64,000 nucleotides of DNA from Caulobacter sp. (GCA_021741355.1 JAIOXZ010000012.1:18409-82408); one strand, 5' to 3'. Shown: positions 36,971-46,056, counted from the stretch's first letter. Numbers and translations: made by a program. The notes: generated by a model from the sequence alone, not told the origin.

Positions 36971-37851
36971 GCCGCCGCCCTTCTCGCTTCGAAGAGATCG
37001 TGAACGTAGCGCGCGAGGAGCCCCTGCCCCACGCCGGCTCTCGCCAGGCCGGCCCAAGAGGCCTGAAGGTGGGCGTCGCGGGCGGCCCGGGCGCCCTCCA
37101 GCCCGATCGCTGACACCAGCGTGGTCATGCCGGCGTCCTTGCCGACGTCCTTGCCGAGGTCGGCGCCGCCCTCGACGTCGAGGATGTCATCGTGGATCTG
37201 GAACGCCAGGCCGAGATGGGTGGCGAACTCGCCGACGCCCAGCACCGCCAGCGACGAGGCGCCGGCGATCAGGGCCCCGGCCTCGGCGGCGGCGACCATC
37301 AGGACGCCGGTCTTGCGATGATTGAGCATCTCCAGCTCATCTGCCGCGCGCTGGCGATCCCTGTCCTGCAGGTCCATCGCCTGACCGGCGACGAGGCCCG
37401 AGAAGCCGATGGCCCGGGACAGCCGCGCGGCCAGATCGGCCTTCAGCGGTCCCGCCAGTCCCGCCGCAGACGCGACAACGCCATAGGCGAGATTGAGCAG
37501 CCCCACCGAGGCGAGGATCGCCGTCGCCTCGTCGAAGGCCTTGTGCGTCGTGACCCGTCCGCGACGCAGGTCCGCATCGTCCATGCAGGGCAGGTCGTCG
37601 AGGATCAGGGACGCCGCGTGAACCATCTCACAGGCGCAGGCGACGTCCAGCGCGGCGGCCGGATCGCCGCCGAATTCACGGGCGGTCAGCAGGGTCAACA
37701 TCGGCCGGAACCGCTTGCCCGGCGACAGCAGGGCATAGCGCGCGGCCTCGGCCAGCCGCGCCGGTCGCGCGTCACGGTCCGGAGTCAGCTCCGCCAGGCG
37801 ACGCTCCACGGCGGCCTGGCATTGCTCGATAAAGGCGGCGTCGTCGTCCAT
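36967..37851 (-). CDS. crtE: geranylgeranyl diphosphate synthase
   Basis: GKRFRP, HAASLILDDLPCMDD..LRRG, KTG, FQIHDD; located in the crt cluster (alternative start 37881). Confidence 0.92.
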   Translation of the reverse strand: MDDDAAFIEQCQAAVERRLAELTPDRDARPARLAEAARYALLSPGKRFRPMLTLLTAREFGGDPAAALDVACACEMVHAASLILDDLPCMDDADLRRGRVTTHKAFDEATAILASVGLLNLAYGVVASAAGLAGPLKADLAARLSRAIGFSGLVAGQAMDLQDRDRQRAADELEMLNHRKTGVLMVAAAEAGALIAGASSLAVLGVGEFATHLGLAFQIHDDILDVEGGADLGKDVGKDAGMTTLVSAIGLEGARAARDAHLQASWAGLARAGVGQGLLARYVHDLFEARRAAA

Positions 37852-37965
37852 GCCCTGCAGCGCCGTCCGGCTGTCCCCCAAGCGGACGGCCCATTTGAGG
37901 GAGGCCGCACGGGAGCGTCAACCGGCGATGCAGTTCCTGTGCAGATGATCCACCGGCGGACCCGG

Positions 37966-38589
37966 TCAGGCCGCGACGGCCTCGCCCCACTCGCTCCAGC
38001 CGAGCACGCGGGGCGTGCCGGGCAGGTACATGCGTTCACTGCTGGTCACGGTGAAGCCGGCCCCCAACACCGAGGCGGTGATCGGTCGTGTCAGGTGACA
38101 ACCGCCGGCGATGGCCTTCCACATCGGCTCCAGCCGGCCCTGCCATTTCGCCACGCCGGCGTCGGGCGCCAGGCCGTGCTCGCAGAACAGGAACCGGCCG
38201 CCCGGCTTCAGCACCCGCTGCGCTTCCGCCAGCGCCGCGGTCGGCGACTGGACCGAGCAGAGGGTGAAGGTGCAGACCACGCAGTCGAAGCTGTCGTTCT
38301 CGAACGGCAGGGATTCGGCCGTGCCGGCCTGGATATCGACCTTGAGCCCCTCCGGCCGTTCCGCCGCCAGGGCGAAGGCGCGCAGTTCGTCCGAAGGGTC
38401 GACCCCGGACACGCTCGAGACCTTCGAGGGGTCGTAGTACTGCAGGTTCAGCCCGCCGCCGATGCCCAGCTCCAGCACCTTGCCGGCGGCCTTCGGCACG
38501 ACCTTCACGCGCTGCTTCATGATCGGCTTGCTTGCGCAGGCGCAGCCGATCAGCTTCGGCATGATGTGCCGGTCATAGAAAGACGTCAT
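37966..38589 (-). CDS. class I SAM-dependent methyltransferase
   Basis: VLELGIGGG, FDCVV, VLKPGG. Confidence 0.9.
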   Translation of the reverse strand: MTSFYDRHIMPKLIGCACASKPIMKQRVKVVPKAAGKVLELGIGGGLNLQYYDPSKVSSVSGVDPSDELRAFALAAERPEGLKVDIQAGTAESLPFENDSFDCVVCTFTLCSVQSPTAALAEAQRVLKPGGRFLFCEHGLAPDAGVAKWQGRLEPMWKAIAGGCHLTRPITASVLGAGFTVTSSERMYLPGTPRVLGWSEWGEAVAA

Positions 38590-38590
38590 C

Positions 38591-39037
38591 TCAGTCCTGC
38601 CCCCGCATCCATTTCGCCACCGCCCAGGCGTGGCCGTCGTGCCGCAGCCGACGGATCGCCTCGGTCGGATCGATCCACACCAGCGTGTGGTCGTCCTCGA
38701 TCTTGAGCCCCTCGTCCTCGCCTGTCACCTCGACCGCGTAGACGCCGGCGACGTTGTTGACCGGCTCGTCGTCGGACAGGACGAAATACTGGCGGATGCC
38801 GGTGATCCTGGGGCCGGCGGTCACGACCAGCCCGGTCTCCTCGCCGAACTCGCGGATCAGGGCCTGGACCTCGTCCTCGCCCGGATCGATCGCGCCGCCG
38901 GGCAGGTCGAAATAGTCGCTGCCTTCAGCCGTTCGGACGCGTACCAGGGCGATCGTCTGCCCGCGCCGCGCGATGCCGAAGGCCGCCGGACGCTCGCGAT
39001 GAATCGCGCCGTCGACCGGCCGGCCGAACTGCGGCAT
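38591..39037 (-). CDS. NUDIX hydrolase
   Basis: PGGAIDPGEDEVQALIREFGEETG Nudix box. Confidence 0.92.
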   Translation of the reverse strand: MPQFGRPVDGAIHRERPAAFGIARRGQTIALVRVRTAEGSDYFDLPGGAIDPGEDEVQALIREFGEETGLVVTAGPRITGIRQYFVLSDDEPVNNVAGVYAVEVTGEDEGLKIEDDHTLVWIDPTEAIRRLRHDGHAWAVAKWMRGQD

Positions 39038-40053
39038 CAGTCCGTGCCCACGATGTTGTCCCAGGGATCGGCGACCTTGCCGGACTCGATGTCCGCGACG
39101 CTCACCTGGGGCCAGCCAACCTTGACGGTTCCGCTCTCGCGCCAGGCCATGACGATCAGGTCACGCAACTCCGCCGCGCCGACGGCCAGACGACCGGTCG
39201 AGAACGTCGCGCCGCGCGGATCGCCTGGGGTGAAGGCGCCCTCCTTGATCATCCGGTACAGCGGTGTGACGAGGGCGTTGCTCGCTAGCAGATAGTCGAC
39301 CACCCGCTTGTTGATCGTGCAGTCGCAGGTCCGCACCGCCGGCATTTCGGCCAGGACGGCTTCACGCGTCACGCCGCTGAGCGCCGGCGCCGCGTCGACG
39401 CTCTGGTGGACCCGCTCGGTGGAGAAGCCCTCCGGGTTCGGATAGTCGCCCCAGCCGTTGTAGTGCGAGGTCACGTGCAGCGGCTGCGCGCCGTCGCCGA
39501 CGTAGTGCGCCAGGTTGCCGAGGTTGGCCAGCAGCAGCGCCTCGCGGCGCACGCGGTCGCGCTTGTACCAGGCCTTCTTTGCGCCCTTGGCCCGCTTGCC
39601 GGCGGCGACATCGACACGCCAGTAGGCGAAGTCCCGGACCATCTGCTGATAGCCGTCGATCATTGCGTACTGGAGGTAACCGGCCTTCCAGCTGTCGGTG
39701 CCGGCGGCGCGCAGGGCCGTCTCGTATTCGGCCCGCGTCGGCTGCATGTCCGTGAGCATCGGGCCGCCGAGGATCTTGCCGTCATCGTCCAGATCGACGA
39801 AGTGCGCCGAGTCGCGATTGTGATCGTGGATCCGGCCGGACCCCTTTGACCGGTCGGGCTCGCGGGCCAGTTCGCCCATGTCGACGACGGCCTGCTTGCT
39901 GCGCAGGAAGGCCGGAACCTCTTCGGGCAGCGTCTTCAGCGCCAGTTCACCGACGATCAGATGCCCAAGCCGCCCCCAGGCGGTCGCGGAGACGGGCGCC
40001 AGGCAAAGCGCCGCGGCGGCGGCGACGGCGGCGAAACGGAAGACTGGACGCAT
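39037..40053 (-). CDS. S1/P1 nuclease family protein, exported
   Basis: Signal peptide then WGRLGH; HYVGDGAQPLH; HFVD. Confidence 0.88.
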   Translation of the reverse strand: MRPVFRFAAVAAAAALCLAPVSATAWGRLGHLIVGELALKTLPEEVPAFLRSKQAVVDMGELAREPDRSKGSGRIHDHNRDSAHFVDLDDDGKILGGPMLTDMQPTRAEYETALRAAGTDSWKAGYLQYAMIDGYQQMVRDFAYWRVDVAAGKRAKGAKKAWYKRDRVRREALLLANLGNLAHYVGDGAQPLHVTSHYNGWGDYPNPEGFSTERVHQSVDAAPALSGVTREAVLAEMPAVRTCDCTINKRVVDYLLASNALVTPLYRMIKEGAFTPGDPRGATFSTGRLAVGAAELRDLIVMAWRESGTVKVGWPQVSVADIESGKVADPWDNIVGTD

Positions 40054-40077
40054 CGACGATCTCCAACGACGAGGCCG

Positions 40078-40662
40078 TCAGCTGATCCCCAGCGCGGCCT
40101 CCACGCGCCCGATCCAGGCGACCACCCGCGGATAGTCCGCCAGATCGAAACCGCCCTCGTGCGCCACCCGGGTATAGGCGACCAATGAGACGTCGGCGAG
40201 ACTAACCTGATCACCGACCAGGAAGGCCGTGTCCTCCAGCGCGTCCTCAAGCCGCTGCAGCGCCGCCCGGCCGCGCTCAACGAGCTTGGGATCGAGTTCC
40301 TCGCGCGGCTTGCCCAGGTAGGCCATCTGGAACCGGGCCACCGCGACGTAGGGCTCGTGGCTGTACTGCTCCCAGAACAGCCACTCGAACATCTTCGCCC
40401 GGTCATAGGGATCGGCGGGAATCAGCGCTGATCCCTCGGCCAGATGGACAATGATGGCGTTCGACTGGGCCAGCGCCCGGCCGTCCGGCAGGATGACCAG
40501 CGGCACCTGACCGGCCGGATTCAGGGCCAGGAAATCCGGCGTCCGCGTCTCGCTGCGCAGCACGTCCAGTTCGCGCCAACGGTATGGAATCGCGAGCTTT
40601 TCCGCCGTCCATTTGACCTTCAGACAGTTGCCGGACTTGCCGTCGCCGTAGATCGTCAGCAT
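40078..40662 (-). CDS. glutathione S-transferase family protein
   Basis: SGNCLK, NPAGQVP, QSNAI, SLADVSL. Confidence 0.92.
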   Translation of the reverse strand: MLTIYGDGKSGNCLKVKWTAEKLAIPYRWRELDVLRSETRTPDFLALNPAGQVPLVILPDGRALAQSNAIIVHLAEGSALIPADPYDRAKMFEWLFWEQYSHEPYVAVARFQMAYLGKPREELDPKLVERGRAALQRLEDALEDTAFLVGDQVSLADVSLVAYTRVAHEGGFDLADYPRVVAWIGRVEAALGIS

Positions 40663-40755
40663 CCCATCGTTCTCCTAAAGGTTGACCCGCTCGGGTTGTT
40701 TCTCGCGCCGATGGCGGCTAGACAGCGGCTCCGAGAAACAAACAGGGGGGCGCGT

Positions 40756-41271
40756 TTGAAACGCATCCTGCCATGCCTCGCCGCGCTGGCTCTGGGGACG
40801 TTTACCCCGCCGGCGTTTGCGCAGTCCGCGGTCGATCCGATCGCTGACCTGATCCAGAACGCCCTCCAGGACTCCGCCCCGCCCGCGCCCGAGCCCGCGC
40901 CGGACTGGGTCTTGAAGGCCAGCCTCTATCACACCGGCGCGCCGGGCGTCGGCGCCCGGGACTCGCTGGGCTGCCCGACGGTCGCCATGCGCACCGCCGC
41001 GATCGACCGGACGATGATCCCCCGGCGCACCATCCTGTTCATCAAGGAAACGGTCGGCATGCCGATGCCCGACGGCTCGGTTCACGACGGCTACTGGTAC
41101 GCCTCCGACGTCGGCGGGGCGATCAAGGGCAACCGCATCGACCTGTTCACCGGCTCGGGCCGCGGATCGATGGCGCCGATGATGAAGCTGAACATGCGCG
41201 CCGTGACCGTCTCGAAGGTCGGCACGTTCGAGGGCTGCCCCAAGGCTGACCGGAAGATCGCGGCCCGCTGA
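40756..41271 (+). CDS. 3D-domain (MltA/RlpA-like double-psi barrel) exported protein
   Basis: TTG start, signal peptide; AAIDR...IPRRT; ASDVGGAIKGNRIDLFTG. Confidence 0.82.
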   Translation: MKRILPCLAALALGTFTPPAFAQSAVDPIADLIQNALQDSAPPAPEPAPDWVLKASLYHTGAPGVGARDSLGCPTVAMRTAAIDRTMIPRRTILFIKETVGMPMPDGSVHDGYWYASDVGGAIKGNRIDLFTGSGRGSMAPMMKLNMRAVTVSKVGTFEGCPKADRKIAAR

Positions 41272-41272
41272 G

Positions 41273-41569
41273 ATGGTCGTCGTCACCGGCTGGATCCTCG
41301 CCAGGCCCGGGACGCTCGCCGAGCTGATCACCCTCTGCCAGGCGCACAGCCGTCGCTCCCGCGCCGAGCCCGGCTGCCTCAGCCATGACCTGTACATCGA
41401 CAGCAAGAACGGCCTGAAGCTGTTCTTCTTCGAGCGCTGGGCGGACCGCGCCGCGCTGGAGGCCCATTTCGCCGTGCCGGAGTCGAACGCGTTCATGCGG
41501 GCGGTTCGCGGCCTTTCGGCGGGCGGGTCGAAGGGGCCGGAGATTTTGGACATCATTCCCTCTCCCTGA
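41273..41569 (+). CDS. antibiotic biosynthesis monooxygenase (ABM) family protein
   Basis: SRAEPGCLSHD, FFERWADRAALEAHF; the last codons and stop lie in the repeat arm. Confidence 0.85.
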   Translation: MVVVTGWILARPGTLAELITLCQAHSRRSRAEPGCLSHDLYIDSKNGLKLFFFERWADRAALEAHFAVPESNAFMRAVRGLSAGGSKGPEILDIIPSP

Positions 41570-41713
41570 GGGGAGAGGGAGGGGCCCGCCGTGCAACGGC
41601 GGGAGGGTGAGGGGTTACGGCGTTCGCCGCATGTCCCCGACCGTCCCTAACCCCTCAACCTCCCACTCGCCTGCGGCTCGCGGGTCCCTCCTTCTCCCCT
41701 CCGGGAGAAGGGA
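41556..41713. repeat. CIR-type intergenic palindromic repeat (ends approximate)
   Basis: Left TCCCTCTCCC..GGGAGAGGG hairpin, right TCCTTCTCCC..GGGAGAAGGGA hairpin, GAGGGTGAGGGG/CCCCTCAACCTC inner arms. Confidence 0.8.
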
Positions 41714-41718
41714 AGTTC

Positions 41719-42456
41719 CTAAATATCCCCGCCCACATTCGGCGGCGACGGCGCGCGGGCGACGTGGATGCCGCACTCGGTCTTGTCCTGTCCGGCCCAG
41801 CGGCCCGCGCGGATGTCCTGGCCCTCTTCGACCGGATTGGTGCAGGGCCAGCAGCCGATCGACGGAAAGCCCTGCGCCACCAGCGGATGGGCCGGCAGAT
41901 CAAACTCGGCGATGTAGGCGTCGAGGTCGTCCTTGCCCCAGTTGGCCAGCGGATTGAACTTCAGCTGGTGCTCGGCCTCCTCGACGACCGACAGGCGCAG
42001 ACGGTCGCCGCCGTGGAAGCGCTTGCGCCCGGTGAGCCAGGCGTCGAAGCCCTCCAGCGCCTTGTCCAGCGGGATCACCTTGCGGATGTTGCAGCACGCG
42101 TCGGTGTCGGTCTTCCAGAGGTCGGCCTTGGGATCGTGCACGGCGATGTCGGCGAACCGCGGGCGCAGGTCGCGCACATCGGTCAGGCCGAGACGCGCGG
42201 CCAGCTGCTTGCGGTAGTCGAGGGTCTGGCCGAACAGCATGCCGGTGTCGAGGAACAGCACCGGGATATCTTTGCTGACCTGGCTGGCCAGGTGCAGCAG
42301 CACCGCCGACTCCGCCCCGAAGGACGAGACCAGGGCCAGCCGCGGCCCGAATTCCGCATAGGCCGCCTCGATGACCGTGCGCGGATGGGCCGCGCGCAGT
42401 TCGGCGTCCAGACGGGCCGCCAGGGAGAGCGACCGCTCGAGCTGATCGAAGGCCAT
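41719..42456 (-). CDS. cysH: phosphoadenylyl-sulfate/APS reductase
   Basis: SSFGAES, FLDTG, CCNIRK, SIGCWPCT, KTECGIH. Confidence 0.95.
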   Translation of the reverse strand: MAFDQLERSLSLAARLDAELRAAHPRTVIEAAYAEFGPRLALVSSFGAESAVLLHLASQVSKDIPVLFLDTGMLFGQTLDYRKQLAARLGLTDVRDLRPRFADIAVHDPKADLWKTDTDACCNIRKVIPLDKALEGFDAWLTGRKRFHGGDRLRLSVVEEAEHQLKFNPLANWGKDDLDAYIAEFDLPAHPLVAQGFPSIGCWPCTNPVEEGQDIRAGRWAGQDKTECGIHVARAPSPPNVGGDI

Positions 42457-42956
42457 CAGCCCCGCTCCTCGAAGACCGGCGGGCGGGCGTCGACCGCGCG
42501 CTGGTAGACATGACGGAACCGGCCGGCGGCGGCGGCCCAGTCCTCCGCCGTCGCGCCGTCGGCGGGCGCGAACGCGTCCATGCCGCAGCGGACCATGAAC
42601 CCGGCCTGCTCGCGCAGGACATCGCCGACCGCCCTCACCTCGCCGCCATAGCCCAGCCGCTGACGCAGCAGGGTGGCGGAGGTGTAGGCGCGGCCATCGC
42701 GGTATTTGGGGAAGACCACCGCGACCAGCGCCAGGCGCGGCAGGTCGTAGGCCAGGTCCTCGACCGCCTCGTCCGGCTGGACGCGCACGCCGACCGTCCG
42801 TCCGGCGCCGACCAGGGCGTCGCCCTCGGCCTGGAAGCGGGTCAGGGACAGGATCACGGCCCCGGCGGCGGGAATGGCGTCCTCGTCGGCGATATCGGTG
42901 AAGACGTCTTCGGCGGCCGAGAACCGGCCGTCGGCCAGCTTAATGAGCGTCGGCAT
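42456..42956 (-). CDS. DUF934 protein
   Basis: VFPKYRDGRAYT, EVRAVGDVL, MVRCGMDAF; usual position between cysI and cysH. Confidence 0.88.
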   Translation of the reverse strand: MPTLIKLADGRFSAAEDVFTDIADEDAIPAAGAVILSLTRFQAEGDALVGAGRTVGVRVQPDEAVEDLAYDLPRLALVAVVFPKYRDGRAYTSATLLRQRLGYGGEVRAVGDVLREQAGFMVRCGMDAFAPADGATAEDWAAAAGRFRHVYQRAVDARPPVFEERG

Positions 42957-44598
42957 AGACGGCCTCCTTGAACGGAGCCATGCCCAGGCGTCGGACCGTG
43001 TCGAGGAACCGCTCCTGGCCCGTGCGGGCAGAGAGATAGGTGTCGACCAGCGCCTCGATGGCGTCCGGCACCTTGTCGGCCGACATGCCCGGGCCGAGGA
43101 TCTGGGCCAGCGAGGCGTCTTCCTGGCCCGAGCCGCCGAGGCTGAGCTGGTAGAATTCCTCGCCCTTCTTGTCGACGCCCAGGATGCCGATGTTGCCGAC
43201 ATGGTGGTGGCCGCAGGCGTTGATGCAGCCGCTGATCTTGATCTTCAGCTCGCCGATCAGCTCGGCGCGGTCGGCGTCCTCGAACCGCTGGGCGATGGCC
43301 TGAGCGATCGGGATGGCCCGCGCATTGGCCAGGGCGCAGTAGTCCAGACCCGGGCAGGCGATGATGTCGCTGATCAGGCCGATATTCGGCGTGGCCAGAC
43401 CGGCCGCCTCCAGCGCCCCGTGCACGGCCGGCAGGTCGTCCAGCTTCACGTGCGGCAGCACCAGGTTCTGTTCGTGCGTCGCCCGCACATCGTCGAGGCT
43501 GTAGCGCTCGGCGAGATCGGCGACGGTCTCCATCTGTTCCGCGGAGGCGTCGCCGGGCGTTGCGTGATGGGCCTTCAGCGAGATCTCGACGATCGCGTAG
43601 CCGGGCTTCTTGTGCGGTTTGACGTTGTTGCGAGCGAACCGGGCCAGCGCGGGGCTGGCGGCCTTCGCGGCCTCGAACGTCTCGGATCTGGCAGGCAGGC
43701 TGTCGAACGCCAGCGGCGTGAAGGCGCCGCGGATCCGGGCGAGCTCCGTGTCGGGCAGATCGGCCGGGGCCGAGTCGATCTTGCTCCACTCCTCCTCGAC
43801 CTGACGGGCGAACTCCTCCTTGCCGAGGGCCGCGACGAGGATCTTGATCCGCGCCTTGTAGATGTTGTCCCGCCGGCCATGGCGGTTGTAGACGCGCAGG
43901 ATGGCCTGCAGGTAGCTGAGCAGGCTGCCGACCGGCAGATGCTCGCGGATGGTCGGGCCGACGTAGGGAGTGCGCCCCTGCCCGCCGCCGACGATCACCT
44001 CGAAGCCCAGCGCGCCATCGCGGCTGCGGCGCAGCACCAGGCCGATGTCGTGCACGCGGGCCGCCGTGCGGTCCTTCGCCGAGGCGGTGACCGCGAACTT
44101 GAACTTGCGCGGCAGGAAGCTGAACTCCGGGTGCAGCGTCGACCACTGGCGGATCACCTCGGACCAGACGCGCGGGTCGTCGATCTCCTCGGCGGTCGCG
44201 CCGGCGTAGGGATCGGCGGTCACGTTGCGGATGCAGTTGCCGCTGGTCTGGATGGCGTGCAGGTCGACCTCGGCCAGCTGGTCGAGGATGTCCGGCGTAT
44301 CGCCCAGCTTGATCCAGTTGAGCTGCAGGTTCTGGCGGGTGGTGAAGTGGCCGTAGCCCTTGTCGTAGGTGCGCGCGATGTGGGCCAGACGGCGCAGCTG
44401 GCGGCTGTCCATCGAGCCGTAGGGAATGGCGACCCGCAGCATGTAGGCGTGCAGCTGCAGGTACAGGCCGTTCATCAGCCGCAACGGCTTGAACTGGTCC
44501 TCGGTCAGCTCGCCGGCCAGTCGCCGGGCGACCTGGCCACGGAACTCCGCCGCCCGGTCGGCGACGAATTCCCTGTCGATGGCGTCGTAGCGATACAT
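42940..44598 (-). CDS. cysI: nitrite/sulfite reductase hemoprotein
   Basis: HFTTRQN, TSGNCIRN, LPRKFK, ACPGLDYC, KISGCINACG. Confidence 0.93.
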   Translation of the reverse strand: MYRYDAIDREFVADRAAEFRGQVARRLAGELTEDQFKPLRLMNGLYLQLHAYMLRVAIPYGSMDSRQLRRLAHIARTYDKGYGHFTTRQNLQLNWIKLGDTPDILDQLAEVDLHAIQTSGNCIRNVTADPYAGATAEEIDDPRVWSEVIRQWSTLHPEFSFLPRKFKFAVTASAKDRTAARVHDIGLVLRRSRDGALGFEVIVGGGQGRTPYVGPTIREHLPVGSLLSYLQAILRVYNRHGRRDNIYKARIKILVAALGKEEFARQVEEEWSKIDSAPADLPDTELARIRGAFTPLAFDSLPARSETFEAAKAASPALARFARNNVKPHKKPGYAIVEISLKAHHATPGDASAEQMETVADLAERYSLDDVRATHEQNLVLPHVKLDDLPAVHGALEAAGLATPNIGLISDIIACPGLDYCALANARAIPIAQAIAQRFEDADRAELIGELKIKISGCINACGHHHVGNIGILGVDKKGEEFYQLSLGGSGQEDASLAQILGPGMSADKVPDAIEALVDTYLSARTGQERFLDTVRRLGMAPFKEAVYADAH

Positions 44599-44603
44599 GC
44601 GGG

Positions 44604-44966
44604 CTACTTCCTGCGGATCAGATCGACGCGGCCGGTCGAGCGGGCCGCGCCGGCGGCGGCGCGAATGGCCTCGACCGATGCGCCGCCCTCGGCCTGCTTG
44701 CCGTGCGTGGGTTCGTTGGTGGGGCCGAGCGCGCGCAGGCGCTCGCGGTAGCTGACGGGCGCCCAGCCGCCGCCGGATTCGACGACGTCGATCAGGTAGG
44801 GGTCGACGATCACGGTGGGCTGACCCTTGGCGGTCTCGACCGCGGCGGCGCCGGCGGCGTCGTCATCGGCGAAGAACTGGGCGTCGGCGAAGCGTTCAAT
44901 CCAGGCGCCGGCCTTCCAGAACACGACCTCGCCGTCGATCAGGCGGTTGGCGGTAAGGGCTTTCAT
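44604..44966 (-). CDS. DUF2849 protein
   Basis: LTANRLIDGEVVF, RERLRALGPT; usual partner of cysI. Confidence 0.88.
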   Translation of the reverse strand: MKALTANRLIDGEVVFWKAGAWIERFADAQFFADDDAAGAAAVETAKGQPTVIVDPYLIDVVESGGGWAPVSYRERLRALGPTNEPTHGKQAEGGASVEAIRAAAGAARSTGRVDLIRRK

Positions 44967-45883
44967 TGGCCGGCTCCCGATCCTCCCCGCTTGCGGGGAG
45001 GGGGACCGCCGAAGGCGGTGGAGGGGAGACCGTGCACCGACTCCCCTCCACCATGCTCCGCATGGTCCCCCTCCCCAGCGACGCTGGGGAGGATTGAGGA
45101 AGGGAGGGCGAGGCTCATCGCCTCGCCCACGATCAGCAGCGCGGGGCCGGAGAGGCCTTCCGCCGTCGCGGCCAGTTGGCCGAGCGTCGTCGGATACCGC
45201 GCTTCATCGGCGCGGCTGGCGTTGACGACGATCAGGGCCGGGGTGGCGGCGTCGCGGCCAGCGGCGGTCAGGCGCTGTGCGATCAGGCCGGCGGTCGAGA
45301 GACCCATGTAGATGACGACGGTCTGGTTGGCGCGGGCCAGATGGTCCCAGTCCAGGTCCGGGTCGCCGTGCGCGGCGTGGCCGGTGACGAAGGTCACGGC
45401 CTGGGCCAGTCCACGATGCGTCAGCGGGGCGCCGGCGCCGGCGGCGGCGGCCAGGGCGGCGGTGACGCCGGGGACGACCTCGCAGACGATGCCGGCGGCG
45501 CGGCACTCTTCCAGCTCCTCGCCGCCACGGCCGAAGATGAACGGGTCGCCGCCCTTCAGGCGGACCACGTCGAGACCCTGGCGGGCGAAGGCGACCAGCA
45601 GGCGGTTGATGTCGTCCTGCGGCAGGGTGTGACGGCTCTTGCGCTTGGCCACATCGATCAGACGCGCGCCGGGCGCGGCCATGGCGAGGATGTCGGCGGA
45701 GACCAGTCCGTCGTGAACGATGACCCCGGCCGCCGCGATCAGCCGCGCGGCCTTGAGCGTCAGCAGCTCCGGATCGCCCGGACCGGCGCCGACCAGCCAG
45801 ACCTTGCCTGGCGCGGTCGCGGTCGTGACGCCATCAAGCGCGACGAGGCGACGGGGTTGGGATGCGCGGGAGACCCGGGACAT
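44963..45883 (-). CDS. cobA: uroporphyrinogen-III C-methyltransferase with a repeat-encoded C-terminal extension
   Basis: VGAGPGDPELLT, RLKGGDPFIFGRGGEE, VPGVTA, VTGH, IYMG. Confidence 0.93.
   Translation of the reverse strand: MSRVSRASQPRRLVALDGVTTATAPGKVWLVGAGPGDPELLTLKAARLIAAAGVIVHDGLVSADILAMAAPGARLIDVAKRKSRHTLPQDDINRLLVAFARQGLDVVRLKGGDPFIFGRGGEELEECRAAGIVCEVVPGVTAALAAAAGAGAPLTHRGLAQAVTFVTGHAAHGDPDLDWDHLARANQTVVIYMGLSTAGLIAQRLTAAGRDAATPALIVVNASRADEARYPTTLGQLAATAEGLSGPALLIVGEAMSLALPSSILPSVAGEGDHAEHGGGESVHGLPSTAFGGPPPRKRGGSGAGQ
44980..45094. repeat. CIR-type palindromic repeat lying in-frame within the 3' end of cobA
   Basis: ATCCTCCCC...GGGGAGGAT terminal inverted repeats, GGTGGAGGGG/CCCCTCCACC inner arms, GACTC at 45039. 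Confidence 0.9.
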
Positions 45884-45890
45884 GGTGCGA

Positions 45891-45903
45891 TAGTTTCTCT
45901 ATA
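45891..45903. promoter_or_regulatory. possible LysR-type T-N11-A box
   Basis: TAGTTTCTCTATA, within ATAG-N5-CTAT dyad symmetry, between divergent cobA and the LysR gene. Confidence 0.3.
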
Positions 45904-46056
45904 AGGTCAGACGAGTCGGGGCGGGACGAACCGGAACGGTCCGCCCCGCCACTCGTCCGCTGGCGAAAGGGCCGTTAAGCCACCGGACGCTTGCAAACTG
46001 GGTTCGCGGCGCCCACTTCGCAAACCAAGAGTTCTGCCGGGGGCCTCAGGATTTCT

